From Eledone cirrhosa (lineage: Eukaryota): a stretch of DNA of 64,000 bases. Below the pieces are notes generated by a model, which saw nothing but the letters and a program-made list of their open reading frames with translations, had not been told where the DNA came from and ran no database searches. Location: positions 96,906,001-96,970,000 of the forward strand of contig OZ024740.1 in assembly GCA_964016885.1 (NCBI GenBank). Direction: 5' to 3'. Positions 29,700 to 45,219 of this stretch are shown here, in pieces (positions within the stretch are counted from its first letter, which is position 1; each line of letters opens with the position of its first letter). Made by a program: the position numbers and the translations under genes.

Positions 29700-31910
29700 C
29701 TGTGGTTGCCATCATTTCCATGCTTGATTCTACCTGTTTGATTGGGAACACGAGTGTCCTGCAGTACATGTGAGCAGTCATCTCGATCCTGGGTTATTTC
29801 GTTCAGCATTCTCAAAAATCGTCTCAAATTTCCCTCGGTATTCCCCTTCCATAGTCATAGATTTCGTCGCCCTTTTTCCATGCTGATGTCATCATCTATA
29901 AGCATCACATGTCCACATCAACGCAGTCTGCGTCAAGGATAACAGCTTACTTAAGTTTTTCGATTTGGCCCACACGCTGGAGAACACCCTCTTTGAGAAC
30001 ACCCTCTCCCACTGCTCATTTGGTCCCCCAGGAAGCGAAATCTGTCAACATCTTCTAGGTAATCATCCGAGATTGTTTTATGTGAGATCTTACTGTACTG
30101 TATCTGTTCTTCTGCATCTGCTGTGTACAATGCTTATATTCTTTTCTAACTTGTTTGTGAACCCGCTTGATATCTTGTTTTCATAATTTTGATTTTATCT
30201 TCCAATTCTATCTGCACCGTCCATGCATTCTGAAAAGGCCAATGTGCTGAAGATATCAGTGCCGTTTTATATACTTATTTTTCTTACTTATTAGGATTTA
30301 ATTGATGCTATATTGACTGTGAAGCTTTTTGATTCCAGGTTTTGCTTCCATATCTAGGATTTCTCCTATAATTCTGCAGCCGATTCGGCTATAAGGATTT
30401 GAACATCAGCATATGGACAGCCAGTCTTAATCAACTCTGGTATGACTTGTAGAACAGTAATTAAAAGGAGAGTGTTAAGAAGAGAACCCTGATGCACTCC
30501 TACCTGCTCATTAAATTCGTCACCATGCACATTGTTAACTCTAACATGTCCCGTCATACCTGTGTATACAGATGGTTCCATCCATATAGATCATTACTTT
30601 TTCTCTAGTTTCCTGGGAGCAGAGAGCCCTGTTAAATGCTAGGATGAAAGCTTACTTTTAGCTGGGTACTTTTCCTGATGCTTTTTAACAAGGAGGAGAG
30701 CAGCTGTGATATATTTACCTGGCACAAAGCCAAACATTATCTCGTCTATCTAGATTCTATCTCTAATTAATTGTGCAATAATTATTTCAGTAACTTTCAT
30801 AATATGGTTCATCCATCGATGCCGCTATATTTTCCTTACTCTTGTAGCAGTTAATCTTGCCGCTACTATGTCAGTCATTAGGTATGACAGTCATGTATAC
30901 TTGCTTCATCATACGCGTGGTTTGAGTCACCATATCAAATGTTTGTCCTGCTCTTTTCTGTTTCCATACTCTTCATTGCCTTATTTAACATACTCACTTG
31001 GATGACCGAATGCTCTATTGTTTCTGTTTTAGGCAGCCCAATTGTCTCCCAAGCATTCCCCTCATTAAACAGTCGTTCATAATGATATTTTCATGATTTA
31101 TTCTTCTCAGCGGCGGTGAGGGCATGTATGCTAATTTCATTTTGGAATCACTTCTCTCGTGCAAAATCTCGCACATTGATTTTCAATCCTGAACAACTCA
31201 CACATTTGACCCTCAAAACGCAAAATATATACTAACGTCTTACTTTCTAATTCCCTTCTCTTTTATTGTATGTGTTACCTAACCTCTCCCAAAGTTTCTC
31301 GATAGCCCTTCACGAGAGCTCTGCTTCTCCCCTTTTGCCAATCTCTCTAATGCTGTTTTTCTTCTAGTTTTGAACGTCTCGTCGACACTGCTATTCCATC
31401 AGTTTTCATAACCCTGTGGCCCTGTACCAGTCAGAGATATTGTCTATAGCCTTCAGCATGTTATCTCACAGGTGTCTCTACTGTTCTTCTATATTGTCAG
31501 TTTCTATCTTGTCTAACTTAAACTCATAAGCGTGAAGCATATTATCCCTGAATTTGTAATCCGTAAACACTCCCTCAATTTGCCTCCGTGTTCGCCTTGC
31601 TTTGATTCTAAAGTAGCTGATCATTGTGTTACGCTCGGTTGTACCCTCCTCAGTGGGTACAGATATGTATTTACAACCATCAGTCTGTCTCGGCTTTTTG
31701 TAATACGAACATTAATCTGGCTTGCATGCTTACCTGAATTATAGGTGATCTAGTGTTTAGCTGGGTTTCTAATGTTAGTGTTGCATATAGTCAGACCATT
31801 AGCATAACAGAACTCCAGGAGTCTTAATATCGCCACATTTTTTTAACCAAACCCTAGATTAAGAGGACATCTTGGAAGCCACCACAGTTTTGTCCATCGT
31901 CTACATTGAT
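29700..31910 (-). mobile_element. Old, heavily decayed RTE-type LINE
   Basis: VRVNNVHGDEFNEQVGVHQGSLL...TGCPYAD (30366-30581); CGHVM-like C-terminal remnant near 29900; boundaries approximate. Confidence 0.7.
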
Positions 31911-32624
31911 TATAAATTCACAATACCTGTAATTAAGTCAGAAAAGCAGGTGTCTGTGGAATTCTCTGTCAATTACTCAATAATTTAATGTATAAACAGA
32001 TCAGGTGATCGGACATCTGGAATATTCATCGGCGAAACCGACGAAAAATCTATTTACTACTTAAACTGGGCTCCAGTTTAGGGAAGATATATAATTAATT
32101 AAACCTCCCACACTACCTACTGTATTATTTCACCAGAATATAAGTGGCTATAGGCTTCCAAAGAAAATTTTACAATGGTTTTACATAAAGTGAAATGTTA
32201 CTAAGCATAGACATTGAATGTGAATAAGATGCAAGGGCTGATAAGTAATGAAATAAACATGCTTTGTGTGAGAAGATAAAACAGAGTCGAAATGATCTGA
32301 GAGAAAATATGGGTGTAAGAAGAATCAGAGGCATCATGTAAGAGGGGGGGGGCAGGATGTAGTGTGTATAAAGAACAACGTTTATCTAAAGAAACGGAAA
32401 GACACCAAATTGAAAGAGAGATGTGAGACTGTAAAACCAATTACGTCATGAGATCTAATTGTAGAAAGTGAACTCAAGTAACTGAACCTCACAATGGTGA
32501 CAACAAAGGATTGTAACAAATCGTGAGGCATTGAATAAAAGAAAACTCGGCCAACAAATACAAGCATGAAAAACGTATGTAAAAATAGTGATAATGAAGC
32601 TAATTATGATGACGATCTCGGTGG

Positions 32625-32647
32625 AGATTATGGTATGGTGATGGTGA

Positions 32648-32709
<62 letters not shown>

Positions 32710-32830
32710 ATGATGGTGGTGGTGGTGTTATTACTGCTGTTGCTGTTGATGATGACGAAGAATGCGATGGTGACGATGACGACGATCATTAAGACGATGA
32801 TGATTATCATGATTGTGATGGAGATGGTGA
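32625..32830. repeat. (GTA)n/(GAT)n trinucleotide microsatellite
   Basis: Read directly. Confidence 0.95.
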
Positions 32831-33559
32831 TATATATGTTTTGTATACATAGGTGAATACAATGTCCATTGACCTTGTCAGTTATCACCAGCTACTAATT
32901 ACTAAATGTTTAATCACGCTGTGTGTGTGTGAACAGAGATTACTCGCTGTTTATCTTCAAAACCTGGCAGAGCAATGAGAGCAACAGTAATAACATATAT
33001 AAACACCTATTATAAAATATCTCAAACATGAATAGCAGTGAATATTTCCATAATAGAATAAATATTTCTGTATAAATATTGATTTCTTAAATAGGAATAA
33101 GACCTCAGGTTAATAGAGCAGGCAACGTTCAAAATTGTGATTTCCATCTATTACCAAAAGCCGACGAAATATAATAGATATTACTCAAAATCGAAATCCA
33201 CCTCATGGATTTGGCTTCGCAAGAAGTTAATTACGTTATGAGTTTGTGGGTTAGCATAGTGAAATTACTATGTAGCTACGTACTGTAACGTAAACTGTCT
33301 AAAGTGAGATTAAATGAACACCACGCCAATGTAACAAAAGAAGAAATACACATTTGTATCTTGATGCTGGGGTAATTTTGTCGCATTTATTTAAGAAAGT
33401 CTTACCTGTGTTAGAGTGAGTTAGATATAACGTATCTGTTTTGCCATGCTTCCACGGAGTGGATCAAGCTCGGGCCGTTTTCGATTCCATAGGTGTTAGG
33501 TGAATGAGATTATAAGAATGCCCCCACATGCATGTCACATAGACGATCTTCAACTGTTA

Positions 33560-33680
33560 CTAGTACACATTTTAAGCTGAGTAGAGTGGTACAACGTGAA
33601 ATAAAAGTTTTCTGAACTGCGTCCCACAACTCACAACCTTATGATTGCGAAACAAAAACCTTAATCACTAGGCTACATCA
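33560..33680 (-). mobile_element. Old tRNA-head SINE fragment (second family)
   Basis: Minus strand GTAGCCTAGTGATTAAGG...GTGAGTTGTGGGACGCAG resembles tRNA A/B boxes. Confidence 0.45.
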
Positions 33681-34729
33681 TTTTACCTCATCTTTATATC
33701 TATTCAAAATCAGCAGGCAGCGTCCATACTTCTACAAAACAAAGTCCAGGTATAGATTAAATTCCTCATTGCTAATATACAGACATCTATAATGTGTATT
33801 TCTTTGCAATTCCAGTTAATAAGTAATACCGTGTGTTTTTTTTAATTTAGGTAAAAAGCTGCTACAAAATGTGCTGACACAAGACGTTCCACCACAAACC
33901 TAGACATTAATGAGTATAATATAACACAATATATTTTGAGAAACAACGACCCAATATTTCCCAAGTATAGTTTCATTATCATGACGTGCATCTTTCAGAA
34001 TCAGTTCCGTCCACTTCCTATTTATTTGTTCATAGTTGTCTCGCTGTAGAAGGCTAGCAAATTTGATTTCCAATTGTGGTAGCCATTTTGGTTTCCATTC
34101 AGAAACGTTGCTCTTGTTTAAGACCTCAGGTAGTTGTCTATTCTCAAATGTATTACGACATAAAGTGCAACATGAATCATTTTGCAGGACAGAGAAATGC
34201 AATGTCATTACTCTAAATTTTGCAACTTCTTTTGGACAATTGTTACAGAGTTATCTCTGAATATTCTTTCCCCAATCACGACATTGCTGATATCACTAGG
34301 TTTCAATAACTTGTTTTACTGAGTGCTAATGGAATCTCTTTAATTGTGAATTCTAAATGGTTTTGCTTCGGTCTGCAAATTGAGCTTATTAACGTTCGTC
34401 AGTTGACGCACTTCGGATACACATTCATCTACAGTTGTGTAATTTGCTTAAAGGAATGACATGTCTCTACCTGTCTTGTTTTGTCCCAATATTCACTGGA
34501 ATGAATGGTAGCAAATTAAAATATTTTGAAACCGTAGTGATTTCCAGAGATTGACCGACGAGATGGGACTGTCTGTTTTCCCATTGTTTTTTTCATTCTC
34601 CTTGTCCTGTATGCACCTGTTTTGAATATATATATATATACATACGTGTGGACCTTAGAAAACGTTCTATAGAGATTACGTTACGTTATATGAGGAAAAT
34701 GATGAATAAGGGTTTGAAAGGCACACCTG

Positions 34730-34856
<127 letters not shown>

Positions 34857-34857
34857 T

Positions 34858-35083
34858 AAAAACCAGGGGACCAGATGTGAGACAAACCACAGACCCTCCA
34901 TCTCAACTCTACTTTTGAAAAGCAGAAGAACTGCGAAACCGGTAAAGGAACCAATTAAATATATATATTTTTCTAAAAATAAGACTCCAGTTGCATTTTC
35001 GATTTCATCTTTATTCCTTATACTTTCACTCGTGTAGGACACCTCGGTTATTTTTCATTTTTTAAAGAAAAACTCACTTTCTA

Positions 35084-35085
<2 letters not shown>
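34858..35085 (+). repeat. Second copy of the ~220-bp element with an HHR-like fold (34911-34948)
   Basis: Homologous to 14955-15172; lies between (GT)n and (TA)n. Confidence 0.75.
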
Positions 35086-35148
<63 letters not shown>

Positions 35149-35587
35149 AAGGAACTTTATCACATGTACAAAGATTGATGTTAGAATTTCATGTTAGCAA
35201 AGACTGCCTTCTGGATAATCGAAACATTTTTTATTAGGTTAAATTGTTTTGTTTTTTTTAAAACCTCTGCATGTTGATTCTCATCCACATGGAATATATA
35301 GATTGTGTGCACGTGAGTGTGCAAGTGTGTGTTTGTAAGAAAGTAAGAAATAAAAACAAACACAAAAAGAGAATTACCGCAGGCATGGGTTTATAGTTAA
35401 ATAATGTGATACGCAATCACGTGGTTTCCTGATCAGTAACAATGTGTGTCTTTATCTTCGGAAAATGTGTGAAATCCTTGGTACAGTTAGGTATATTTAA
35501 AAAAGAAAAATAATGACTTCACTTGTAGTACTAAACAATTAGATTTAACTGTTTTAATATATCATGATTTGGTAGATCTACCAAATC

Positions 35588-35662
<75 letters not shown>

Positions 35663-35664
35663 GG

Positions 35665-35696
<32 letters not shown>

Positions 35697-35805
35697 ATAT
35701 ATATATGTTTGTGTATATGTTTCATAAGATCCCGTGAAGGGTGAAAGCAGCGATTCTTTGCTTAAACTTTAATCTGTTATTTTAATAAATATATATATAT
35801 ATACA

Positions 35806-35941
<136 letters not shown>

Positions 35942-35956
35942 TATATAAGAACTTGA

Positions 35957-36097
35957 AATTGATTAACATATAAATAAACATATGAAACAATCACAGGGGA
36001 TAATTTTTAGAAGTGTGTAAGCACTATGTGTGCTTACACACTTGTAAAAATTATCCCCTGTGATTGTTCCATATGTTTATTTATATGTTAATCAATT
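35957..36097. repeat. Near-perfect 68-bp hairpin next to (TA)n
   Basis: AATTGATTAAC...GTAAGCAC-TATGT-GTGCTTAC...GTTAATCAATT, two mismatches. Confidence 0.95.
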
Positions 36098-36233
36098 CCT
36101 AGTTGTTATAAAATGCTCGGACCAATTCATTAGAATCTTGGAGCTTATTTTACGGGTGATATGTCGCATGCCTTTCTGGCATGACACCCATAATTTTGAT
36201 TTAGATTAAATTCACTTTGATTTATCTTAATTT

Positions 36234-36312
<79 letters not shown>

Positions 36313-37852
36313 GTATATATATATATTATATATAGATATATATATAAATATACATATATATATATATATATATAAATACATATATATGGGGGTGAGAGTG
36401 GATGTCTCTTCATGTATTTAAGCGTACTCTTTGTTTATTGTTTGTAGCATAGCCGTTCGACCAAACGATAATGTTAAAATATGTACCAGATTTGAAAGAG
36501 TAAGTCCGTGGATGTGTTTGATAACGTAATTCAGTTCAAAGCAATGCACCAGCATGGCCTCAGACTTATGACTGGCATCCGTATAGATGAGAGAAAAATG
36601 AAATGAAAACATTCAATTCACAAAAGCAGCGATGCATGCAAAATAAAATGAAAACATACCCATGTTTGAATGCAAGTGTATTTCTTTCATGCTATATTCA
36701 ATCATAATGGTTAACCATCAAAACGCTAATTATTGCTATTGTTTTCGTCAGTAATAATTTTCACTAATTCCTGATGCTTCCCGATTATAAGGTATCTAGT
36801 TTCCTCCTACTAAAGCCTTATGACAAAATTTGGGTAGAGGGAAATTGTTCGGAAGCCTATCGATTGACTGTCTCTGCAATCCACACAACGTCACGCTGGT
36901 TTACCTTGAGAATAAGATTGAGAGTGCAGGTGAGGCGGAATCCTCAGCCATTTGCACATTAATTTAATGAGCATTAATTCCGTCGAACGAAGACATGGAG
37001 CACTCGTTGACGAAGATCCAGCTATTCAATATCCTAGATTTATATTTGTGTCGACTCCTTACAATCGAGGTTCAAATTAAACCGTGGTCAACTTGGCATT
37101 TTATACCTTTGGGGGTCGATAAAATAGTGTGCCGGACTAGTGAAGTTAACTGTTAGAGCGTCTGGCAATATGTCTTGCTGTTTTGCGTTCTGAGGTCTTG
37201 GTTTATAGACATAATCCTTTACTCGTTTTAAAATCCTCAACTACACCTTTATTGGTTTTAGAATTCACTCTGTTGCGTCTCTGGATTGCCGATAGTATTC
37301 CACAGATTCTTTCAATAAAATTTAGAGCATTCACATTTTGTTGTTTACTCTTACACAAGTTCTGACAGAACAAAGGTATGATCAATGTTATTCCAGGCGC
37401 GAACAACCCATGTTTTCAAGCAGTGGACTACACTATCCAATATATTTTTCGTTTTATAAGAGAACATGTTAAGATTTGAGGGAAATTAGACTGCTATCTC
37501 TAGCCGGTAGCGAGATCATTGCATTCATCGGTCATTAGTGTGGGCATAACTTATAAGCGAGTGAAATAATTTATACATTTAACAGTGTTTTTGTTTACCT
37601 CCGGGTCATTCCAACTGTCTGTATATCATGGTCGTCTACAGTATCCAATGTAAATATCTCAAAAATGGAAAAGTGTAATTTTATTTTGGTGTGTGTGTGT
37701 GTGCGGGGTGGGGGCTGCTTCCAACCAACGTAATGACTCCATAAAGACTCCGTTGTTAGGCCATGAGAGTTTTAATTGTGTTTGATGATTATGAATATTC
37801 TGGTGACGATAATGAGAACGAGGATATTGAAGGTCTTGGTGGTGTTGATGTT

Positions 37853-37940
37853 GAAGAAGAAGAAGAAGAAGAAGAAGAAGAAGAAGAAGAAGAAGAAGAA
37901 GAAGAAGAAGAAGAAGAAGAAGAAGAAGAAGAAGAAGAAG
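37853..37940. repeat. (GAA)n microsatellite
   Basis: Read directly. Confidence 0.98.
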
Positions 37941-40625
37941 ATTTTGTAATGAATTAGGTGAAGTGGCAATGTGCCAGACCTAAATGCTATGTAATTTCTC
38001 TTGGTCATTATGCCATGTTGTCACGCCAACTCGTATACGTTATCATACGCCCATATACAGATTCTCGTATCACCAATTTGGCAAGCACAGCAAAGATTGT
38101 ACTTCATTGAATAGGTCTAAGACCGAAACATCTCCGGAGTTATCAAGGTGCTTGACAAAGGGCATATTGCATTAATATTCTCTCGGGTATTTAACATTTT
38201 TTTCTCTCTCACCACGTGCTTAATTATAATTTTAATTGATTTACATTTTCGGGTTGTTTCCCTTACATGCCTCGATAAAGATTTAGCATCGACCGAATGG
38301 TATATTTTCATAGAATCTTGAATAACTAAAATAAACATTTTAGTGAGGGATATATAATACTTTGCACTATTTTAACTAAATATATCGGGTTTAATGTCAA
38401 TAGGATATGAGTTCAGTCCCACCATTGTTTAATCTGCTTCTCATTCTTCCAAAAGCCTGTCATATTAAAATGTATTTCCTTTGAAAATATAAGTTATTAT
38501 TAGGTTTTTCATATGTCTGTAAACTCAGGGTTTCGTTTCTTCTACATTCTCCAAGAGACGATATGAGCTTAATATGTCCAGATGGATTAGAAATCAGCAA
38601 TGTAATTATTAGGTGCTGTATTCGATCCCACTGCGTAGAATCTTAGTAAATGTCGATCAACACTTTGTGAGTGATGTGTGTAAGCTGGAAATGTTTAGAA
38701 TTGCGTCGGTTGGAAGTATACCTATAACTCAAAAGCCAAGATTTGTCAATATGTCATGCTTATTTCCCCAAGGACTTACGTTAGAGATACACATGTCTGC
38801 GGAATGCTCATTCATACACATATTAATTTAATGAGCAGACTGTTTCATTGATCTAACAATTGGAACAGTCACCATCATACCCGATGAAGATTCATTCCAT
38901 TCCATTTCAAAACACTTCTATGTATTTTAAGTCATATCGTTTGAGTAAATATCTGATAAGATAACTTGTCGCAAGCTAGCAAATTCATGGCCAATCTACA
39001 GATTATTTTAGGGATTATATTCCAGGGATTACCATCCCACATTTAAATTTTAATATACGGTTATTTCGACCAGGCTCATTAACCAGGTAGAGGCACCGTC
39101 AAAGACCCGGTGCAAGGTAATTAGACACCACTACAGTAAGCAATGATGAAAACGGCACCTTTTCAGTTTCTAGTGATGTGCGTTCAACTTTCTTTGTAAT
39201 TGTGGACAGGAATAATATGAAACCGTTTCTCTCCATGTGTTTTTTTAAAAACTATTAAACAGAAAGAAGCACGTTTTTCAGCACCACTTAAACATTGAAT
39301 TAAGTGAAATATAGTGAAAAACAGTCAACCAGCCAGCCAGACCGCGTAGTGCCTCATTACAGTATTGTCTACTAGAGTAAGAAAAAGGTATTGAGAGTTA
39401 AAGGTTAACAGCCATCTGAATCAAAACTTTATCGAGGAAACTTTCAAATAAATCAAATTTTTAATAACACGAAAAATAAGCAACTCATTCTTGCATGTCT
39501 AGAAAGAGTTTTCAAATGAACAGTTGGAAGTGTATTGTATATAGCCAGTCAGCTAGACATCGTTCTATGATATAAGCAACCTCACTTTTAGTATTTTTAC
39601 TGAGTGATTTTCAATAGATTTGAACAGCTTTATAATCAGAGAAAAGTATTTTTTGTTGAAATGTCTGTCTGTCTCTAAATGTAGTTCAACTTTAAAATTC
39701 TTGCTAGACATGCAAGTTTTGTTCTGTAATAAATGTTAAATAAAAGGATATTATAATAAATATATCAAGAGCAGTAGTTTCAAAGGTGTTAGCAGATACG
39801 TAATGGTGACAGACTCAAAGTTATTGATTATGCTACGTTAGGATAATACATATACTGTTACAATTGTCAAGCTAAGATCATGGTAACGTTTCATTACCAC
39901 CATCTTCTTCTCCATTCCCACTTCTGGTTTCACATCTTTCTCCACTGCGATGTTTCATTTGGTATATTAACTAAAGCAGAGTTATTGTTGTTTTATATAT
40001 TGCTCGTGTCGGTATTTTTGTCTTCTAGTTGTCAGTTTTATGGCAACGTATAAGAAATTAATTGGCTACCTTAGATGTTTTATCAAATGAGAATGGATAT
40101 ATTAGAGAAAGAAACATTTGAAATGCCAGAACGGACATGCATTTCGAGAGCATTATTTTTTAATGTGAAGTGAAATGGTTTCAGCTACATTGCGAAATTG
40201 GTCAAGAGCTTGGGCTTGTCGTCAGCTTATTTCTTATGTTAAGCTATGAGTTAGTGAAATATTGAAATGATTTATTTGCAATCTGGCTAAATTGTAAACG
40301 ATCTGCAAGTAACAGTTATAGCCAGTAAATTAGTGATACTTATATTATTAACACTGGAAAGAAGGCAGTTGATGCCAGGATCAGTAGCGCTCCAAACACA
40401 TTGACTTATTGTGTCTAGTCTCTCCTAATGTTTTCCATTCTGACTTCAAATATCATTGGAATAGACATTGCATTTCATTATTTCTGGAGAGAAAAAGAAT
40501 ATATCAGTAATATAATATACTGAATTTAACCAGCCGTCTTCAACCTTCTAAACAGTTGGTATAGAGTAAATGTTAAAAAGCAAACTACTTTTTCTTTTTT
40601 TAGGCTTTTGAAGTGATATCATAGA

Positions 40626-40755
40626 TTTCTTCTTCTTCTTCTTCTTCTTCTTCTTCTTCTTCTTCTTCTTCTTCTTCTTCTTCTTCTTCTTCTTCTTCTT
40701 CTTCTTCTTCTTCTTCTTCTTCTTCTTCTTCTTCTTCTTCTTCTTCTTCTTCTTC
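40626..40755. repeat. (TTC)n microsatellite
   Basis: Read directly. Confidence 0.98.
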
Positions 40756-40759
40756 GCAC

Positions 40760-41310
40760 TCTGCCGCGTAACGTTATTCAAAAATCCCTTCGGAAGAACC
40801 CCATTTCGGCTTGTGTTAGCGATGTATTATTTCGGTAATTACTCAAAATACATTCATGACCTGTAAGTGTTGGCATGAATGCCGAATTGACGGAAGCGAG
40901 TTTGGGTTTTACACCCACCTCCCGTCTTCTGGTGACTGAATGATGAAGCTGGGGGTTTGAAAGTAAAATGCCGTTCTTAAACAATTTCGCTGACATTCCG
41001 TGGTATATGCAGGAACAGTATTTCGGTATTAAAGCAGTGACTTAGATTCGTTAGGTTTCATAGCTTTGATTATAGGCTTCAGTCTTTCAACCAAATTCTC
41101 GGTTTCTCCATTAGATCTTATATCGTGTGGAGCAGTAAAGAGACGTCGAAACCCGATTCACTTCAACCAGTAAGTAAAGCACGAGGGAGCAAAGTTAAAT
41201 CAACTGTAACCAAGCAAGTGGAACTCACTTGCAACTCAATGTCTTCCGCAACGGGAAGAAGGACAAATAAAACGTGACTATCCCATTGTTCTGCTACAGT
41301 AATATCCTGA
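40760..41310 (-). pseudogene. Decayed Ty3/Gypsy integrase core fragment
   Basis: Manual translation WLK*IGFRRLFTAPHDIRSNGETENLVERLK...LL*YRNT...AKLF matches the rve TAP.HP.SNG.AE..V / LL.YRN / PA.LF pattern. Confidence 0.75.
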
Positions 41311-44169
41311 AACTGTAACAGCAGCAATGCCTTTGAGCACAGGTCTGTTCAATCTGGGATGCGATGGTGCTTGACAACGATCAATAAACCCCAATTGGTC
41401 TTACAATAAATATGTGAGTCTCTAGGTGATCGCTTTACCTTCTAGAAATATCAACCAAATCTTTCTAGTATTAAATACCAGATTTTAGATGGAAAAGGTT
41501 TCTAAGAAAGTGGTTTGCTACCTGCAAAAGACACTGGATTATCACATATGGCGTATTTTTCGTCATAGGTAATCTCCGCTAGAGCTGACCTGGAGCTAAA
41601 CAAAATGATGGTAAAACACAACAACATTATCCTCACCATAACCAGCAGCATCAACAACTATAAATCAACGCTAACAACAATAACGAACCAACAAAGCAGC
41701 CTCAGTTTGATTACTTTATCTACAAAAAATAAGATCTAAATATCTCTCCTATTATAACTCGGACATAAGAAGAGGTGGATATTAAATAACATAATCTATA
41801 AAAGATGGAATTGCATCGATTATATTATTGCTTGATAAGGGCTGACCTGGATCAGTAGCACAAAAGCAACGCAAATATATTGTGCAAACGTGGGCGAATT
41901 TAAAATGAAATATGTAGGAGGCAAATCTCCGAAGGATCTCGCTCTACCTTCTTAAAAATAAGAGCATATAAGACAGCTTAATTCTAGATATCTAAACAGG
42001 TTTGATATTCACAGCTGGAGTGCATCTGATTTTAATTGGGTTTGGTTGGCTATATCAGAGTTGACGTGGATCTAAACGCACTAGAAATACCAATAATAAT
42101 GAGTATATCAACGACATATTAAGAGGTTACTTGCTTTAAAATGAATTGCTTGCCAATTCTCACTAACAACAGTCTCTGCTTCCATTAACTATAGAGAGAA
42201 GGGAATATTGGATAATGTTCTTTAAAATGATGGCAAATACATTAATAATTTATATATATATATGGAGAGAGAACGGGAGGGAGGAAGATAGATAGGTAGA
42301 TGTGTGTGCATGTATATATTTATATAGGTATATATGTGTGGGTGTATGTCTGTGTCTGTATGGGTGCCTATGTGTGTGTGTATGTGTGTGTTTGTATTTA
42401 TATACACATGTATATATATATAGAGAGAGAGACAATGGAATAAACGTTATACTAGTGTTATCTATTTCGGAGAAATAATATAAATATTAGCTTGTGAAAT
42501 ATTAGGAACAACTTCAAAAGCATTACTACAGTAATGTTCAATATAATGTTACTAAACATTGCCAAATACATCAAACTTGGATTGATATCAAAGGAAATAC
42601 CCTTCGATAGGATTTGAACACAAGATAAATACTGATAAAATGAAATATTTGCGTGGCATTTAATGTAATATTCAATCGTTTAAGCTGACACTCCAGCATT
42701 TTTATGATGTTCCAAGATTTACATTTTTTAATGAAATATCGCAATTATTAGAAATTTTAATGAGAAATATATTTTAATAAAACATCCATATCTGGTTTTA
42801 CGGGTTAATTCTTGTCAATATAAAATATGTTAAATAGTCAAACAATGAAGTAAAAATAAGGAAAAAATATGAAAAACAAATATAAATATTTCCGCAATTA
42901 TTATTTTTATTTTTTTCAATACTTTTTTCAATTATCTCTATTCCCAATTGTTGAAGGAAGATATTTGGTGACATGAAATGAACTTATTTGCAAGTAAAAT
43001 GTAAGCTTCATTAAGCAAGTTATATAGGAACATATGCGTGAAAACATAAATATATATGTATATGTGTGTGTGTAGGTGTGTGTGCGCGTGCATGTGTGTA
43101 TGTATGATCTTTCAGTTTCTATCTCAACAGAAACATAAAACACAGGCTTTGCAAAAACAGACAACATATAAGAAATGTTTCGGTTTTGTCTGTATATTTA
43201 TATTTTTTTCATCAATATTGGGTAAGTTTTATTACAACAGATAGATTCAGAAATACTAAATATGTTACTAGGAGACAGACAACTACCCTTTTAAATGCTG
43301 ATACGCATATGTATGCCTGTATATTTACACGCACACACATATATATATATATATGTAAGTGTGTGTATGTGTGTGTGTGTGTATGTTTGAGTGAACATGT
43401 GTACGAGCATATGTATATATATATAGGCACACATATATCGCCAACATAATAAGTATGTATATACGTACATATTAGTAAACTTATATAAGCATATACATAT
43501 ATTAATGCATGTATATATATATATATATGTAAACATGTATGTATGTATGTAAATGGTAAACAAATAGTAAACAAATGGTAAACAAATTACAAAGCAAAAG
43601 GCAGAGTATATGGAAGGAATATATTAGTTTAACGCTTAAAATAGCAGATACATGCTTACATACAAATGTACATACATAGTTACATGCATGCGTGTTACAT
43701 ACATATATGCATACATACACGCATAAAAACATTCATGCTCACATAAATACATACTTATTTTCAAATATTCTACAATTTGCTGAGATATCTAAAACCTTTA
43801 AACTCTGTAAAATATTATTACGATTCAAAAGATAAATGATTGTATATGGGCGACAAACATTTTCTCGTCTTAACAACTTTGCCACCGGGAAGATGGCTGG
43901 TCGAACATAAACTCAAATTAAGAGAAATAGTAGAACACAGTTACATAGATTCATCTATCTATGTACATACATGCTCTTTAGTTCTTCAATCTGTTTCAAC
44001 AATTTAGGACTTCCTTTTTATTTTGTTTATCTTGTCTGTGGTTGTTGTTTTTTTTCAGTACTGAAGGTTAATGAGCCTGATTGGAAGTTCATAGAGGGTT
44101 ACAAAATGACACGGGATACCATTAGCTTATATCCACCATATATAAACAAATGAAGGCCTCCATCATATG

Positions 44170-44400
44170 ACTCGTGGAGAAATTCCATGCCATAACTCGC
44201 CACACTCCAATCCTAAATAAAAGACCAGAAATCGTCTTATTTTGCCGTCATACACCAACGTTATTGATATATACATTCGAGGCAGATTCAGTTCTAGCTG
44301 CCTCATGATGGGAATGCAAGTCCCCAGCAACACATTGATCCACATGGCACGTCACAAATCCCATCAACGTTGCAACTGCATGAGAAAAACATTAGGACTT
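44170..44400 (+). mobile_element. Possible very old Tc1 transposase C-terminal remnant
   Basis: HNSPHSNP resembles WPxNSPDLNP; later PQQHID...QRC; many lesions. Confidence 0.35.
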
Positions 44401-45219
44401 ATGTACCACTAATGAAACCTATCAACATGAACAGTTAATATAAAATGCACTAACAAACATATTATTGAATTTAAATTGAAGCAACATGTTGGTATTTCGG
44501 GGGCAGCACTACCAACCACCTGACCAGTCACCTGGCTAACCATTTCCCGTATCATATGACCAACCAGAACGTACCCAACACATTGAACTACGATATACTG
44601 ATTTCTGATCACTGGTAAATATTATTTACATCATTGGCCGTTTATATGTGTAGAAAATGAAATAATATGAGTAGAAACACATGCAAATAATGTGCTGAGG
44701 AATTATTTTCTGTAATGGTCTTATGTAAAATAAGTGATATGAACGCATTGCAATATGTAATTATAAGATCATTTAATTTCTCCTAATAAATAAACATATT
44801 TGGATTAGATTTGCTAATACTTTTACTACTCTATCCATGGCACGTATTTTATCTTGATATATATCTATACTAATATTTCGGTTTGTTAACATAAACTTAT
44901 CCAAATACAGCTGTTCTTTCTAAATGATATTTTGGGTTTGATATCTTCAACTTATTCCAATGTAATATATTGTGCGTGAGCGCGTGTGTATGTGTACATT
45001 AGAGTAATGATTAAAGTAGAATGTTATATGTATGACTATACCACTCCAGATATTTGATTTATTTTTAAAACATATATGTGGCTATATATAACGTGAACAC
45101 TTTTACATAGATATTCTATAGTAGTCTTATATATACATATATGCATTCCCCTTTGTATGTTGACAATTTATAATTTGTGTATACATCTAGATATTCACAT
45201 TGCACATGTATATAGATTA

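Noticed and set aside
35718-35766. HHR-like repeat also at ~28056-28105 (CCC-GTGAA-GGG-T-GAAAGCA...TGCTT)
   Set aside because: Neither copy has an intact CUGANGA (CATAAGA / TAGAAGA); it may be a decayed family but is not supportable.
37763-37957. Poly-Glu ORF (also poly-Lys at 40548-40781 and poly-Val at 32566-32856)
   Set aside because: Trinucleotide microsatellites with no coding context.
41165-41176. GTAAGT splice donor suggesting a plus-strand exon
   Set aside because: The region is better explained as a minus-strand Gypsy integrase remnant.
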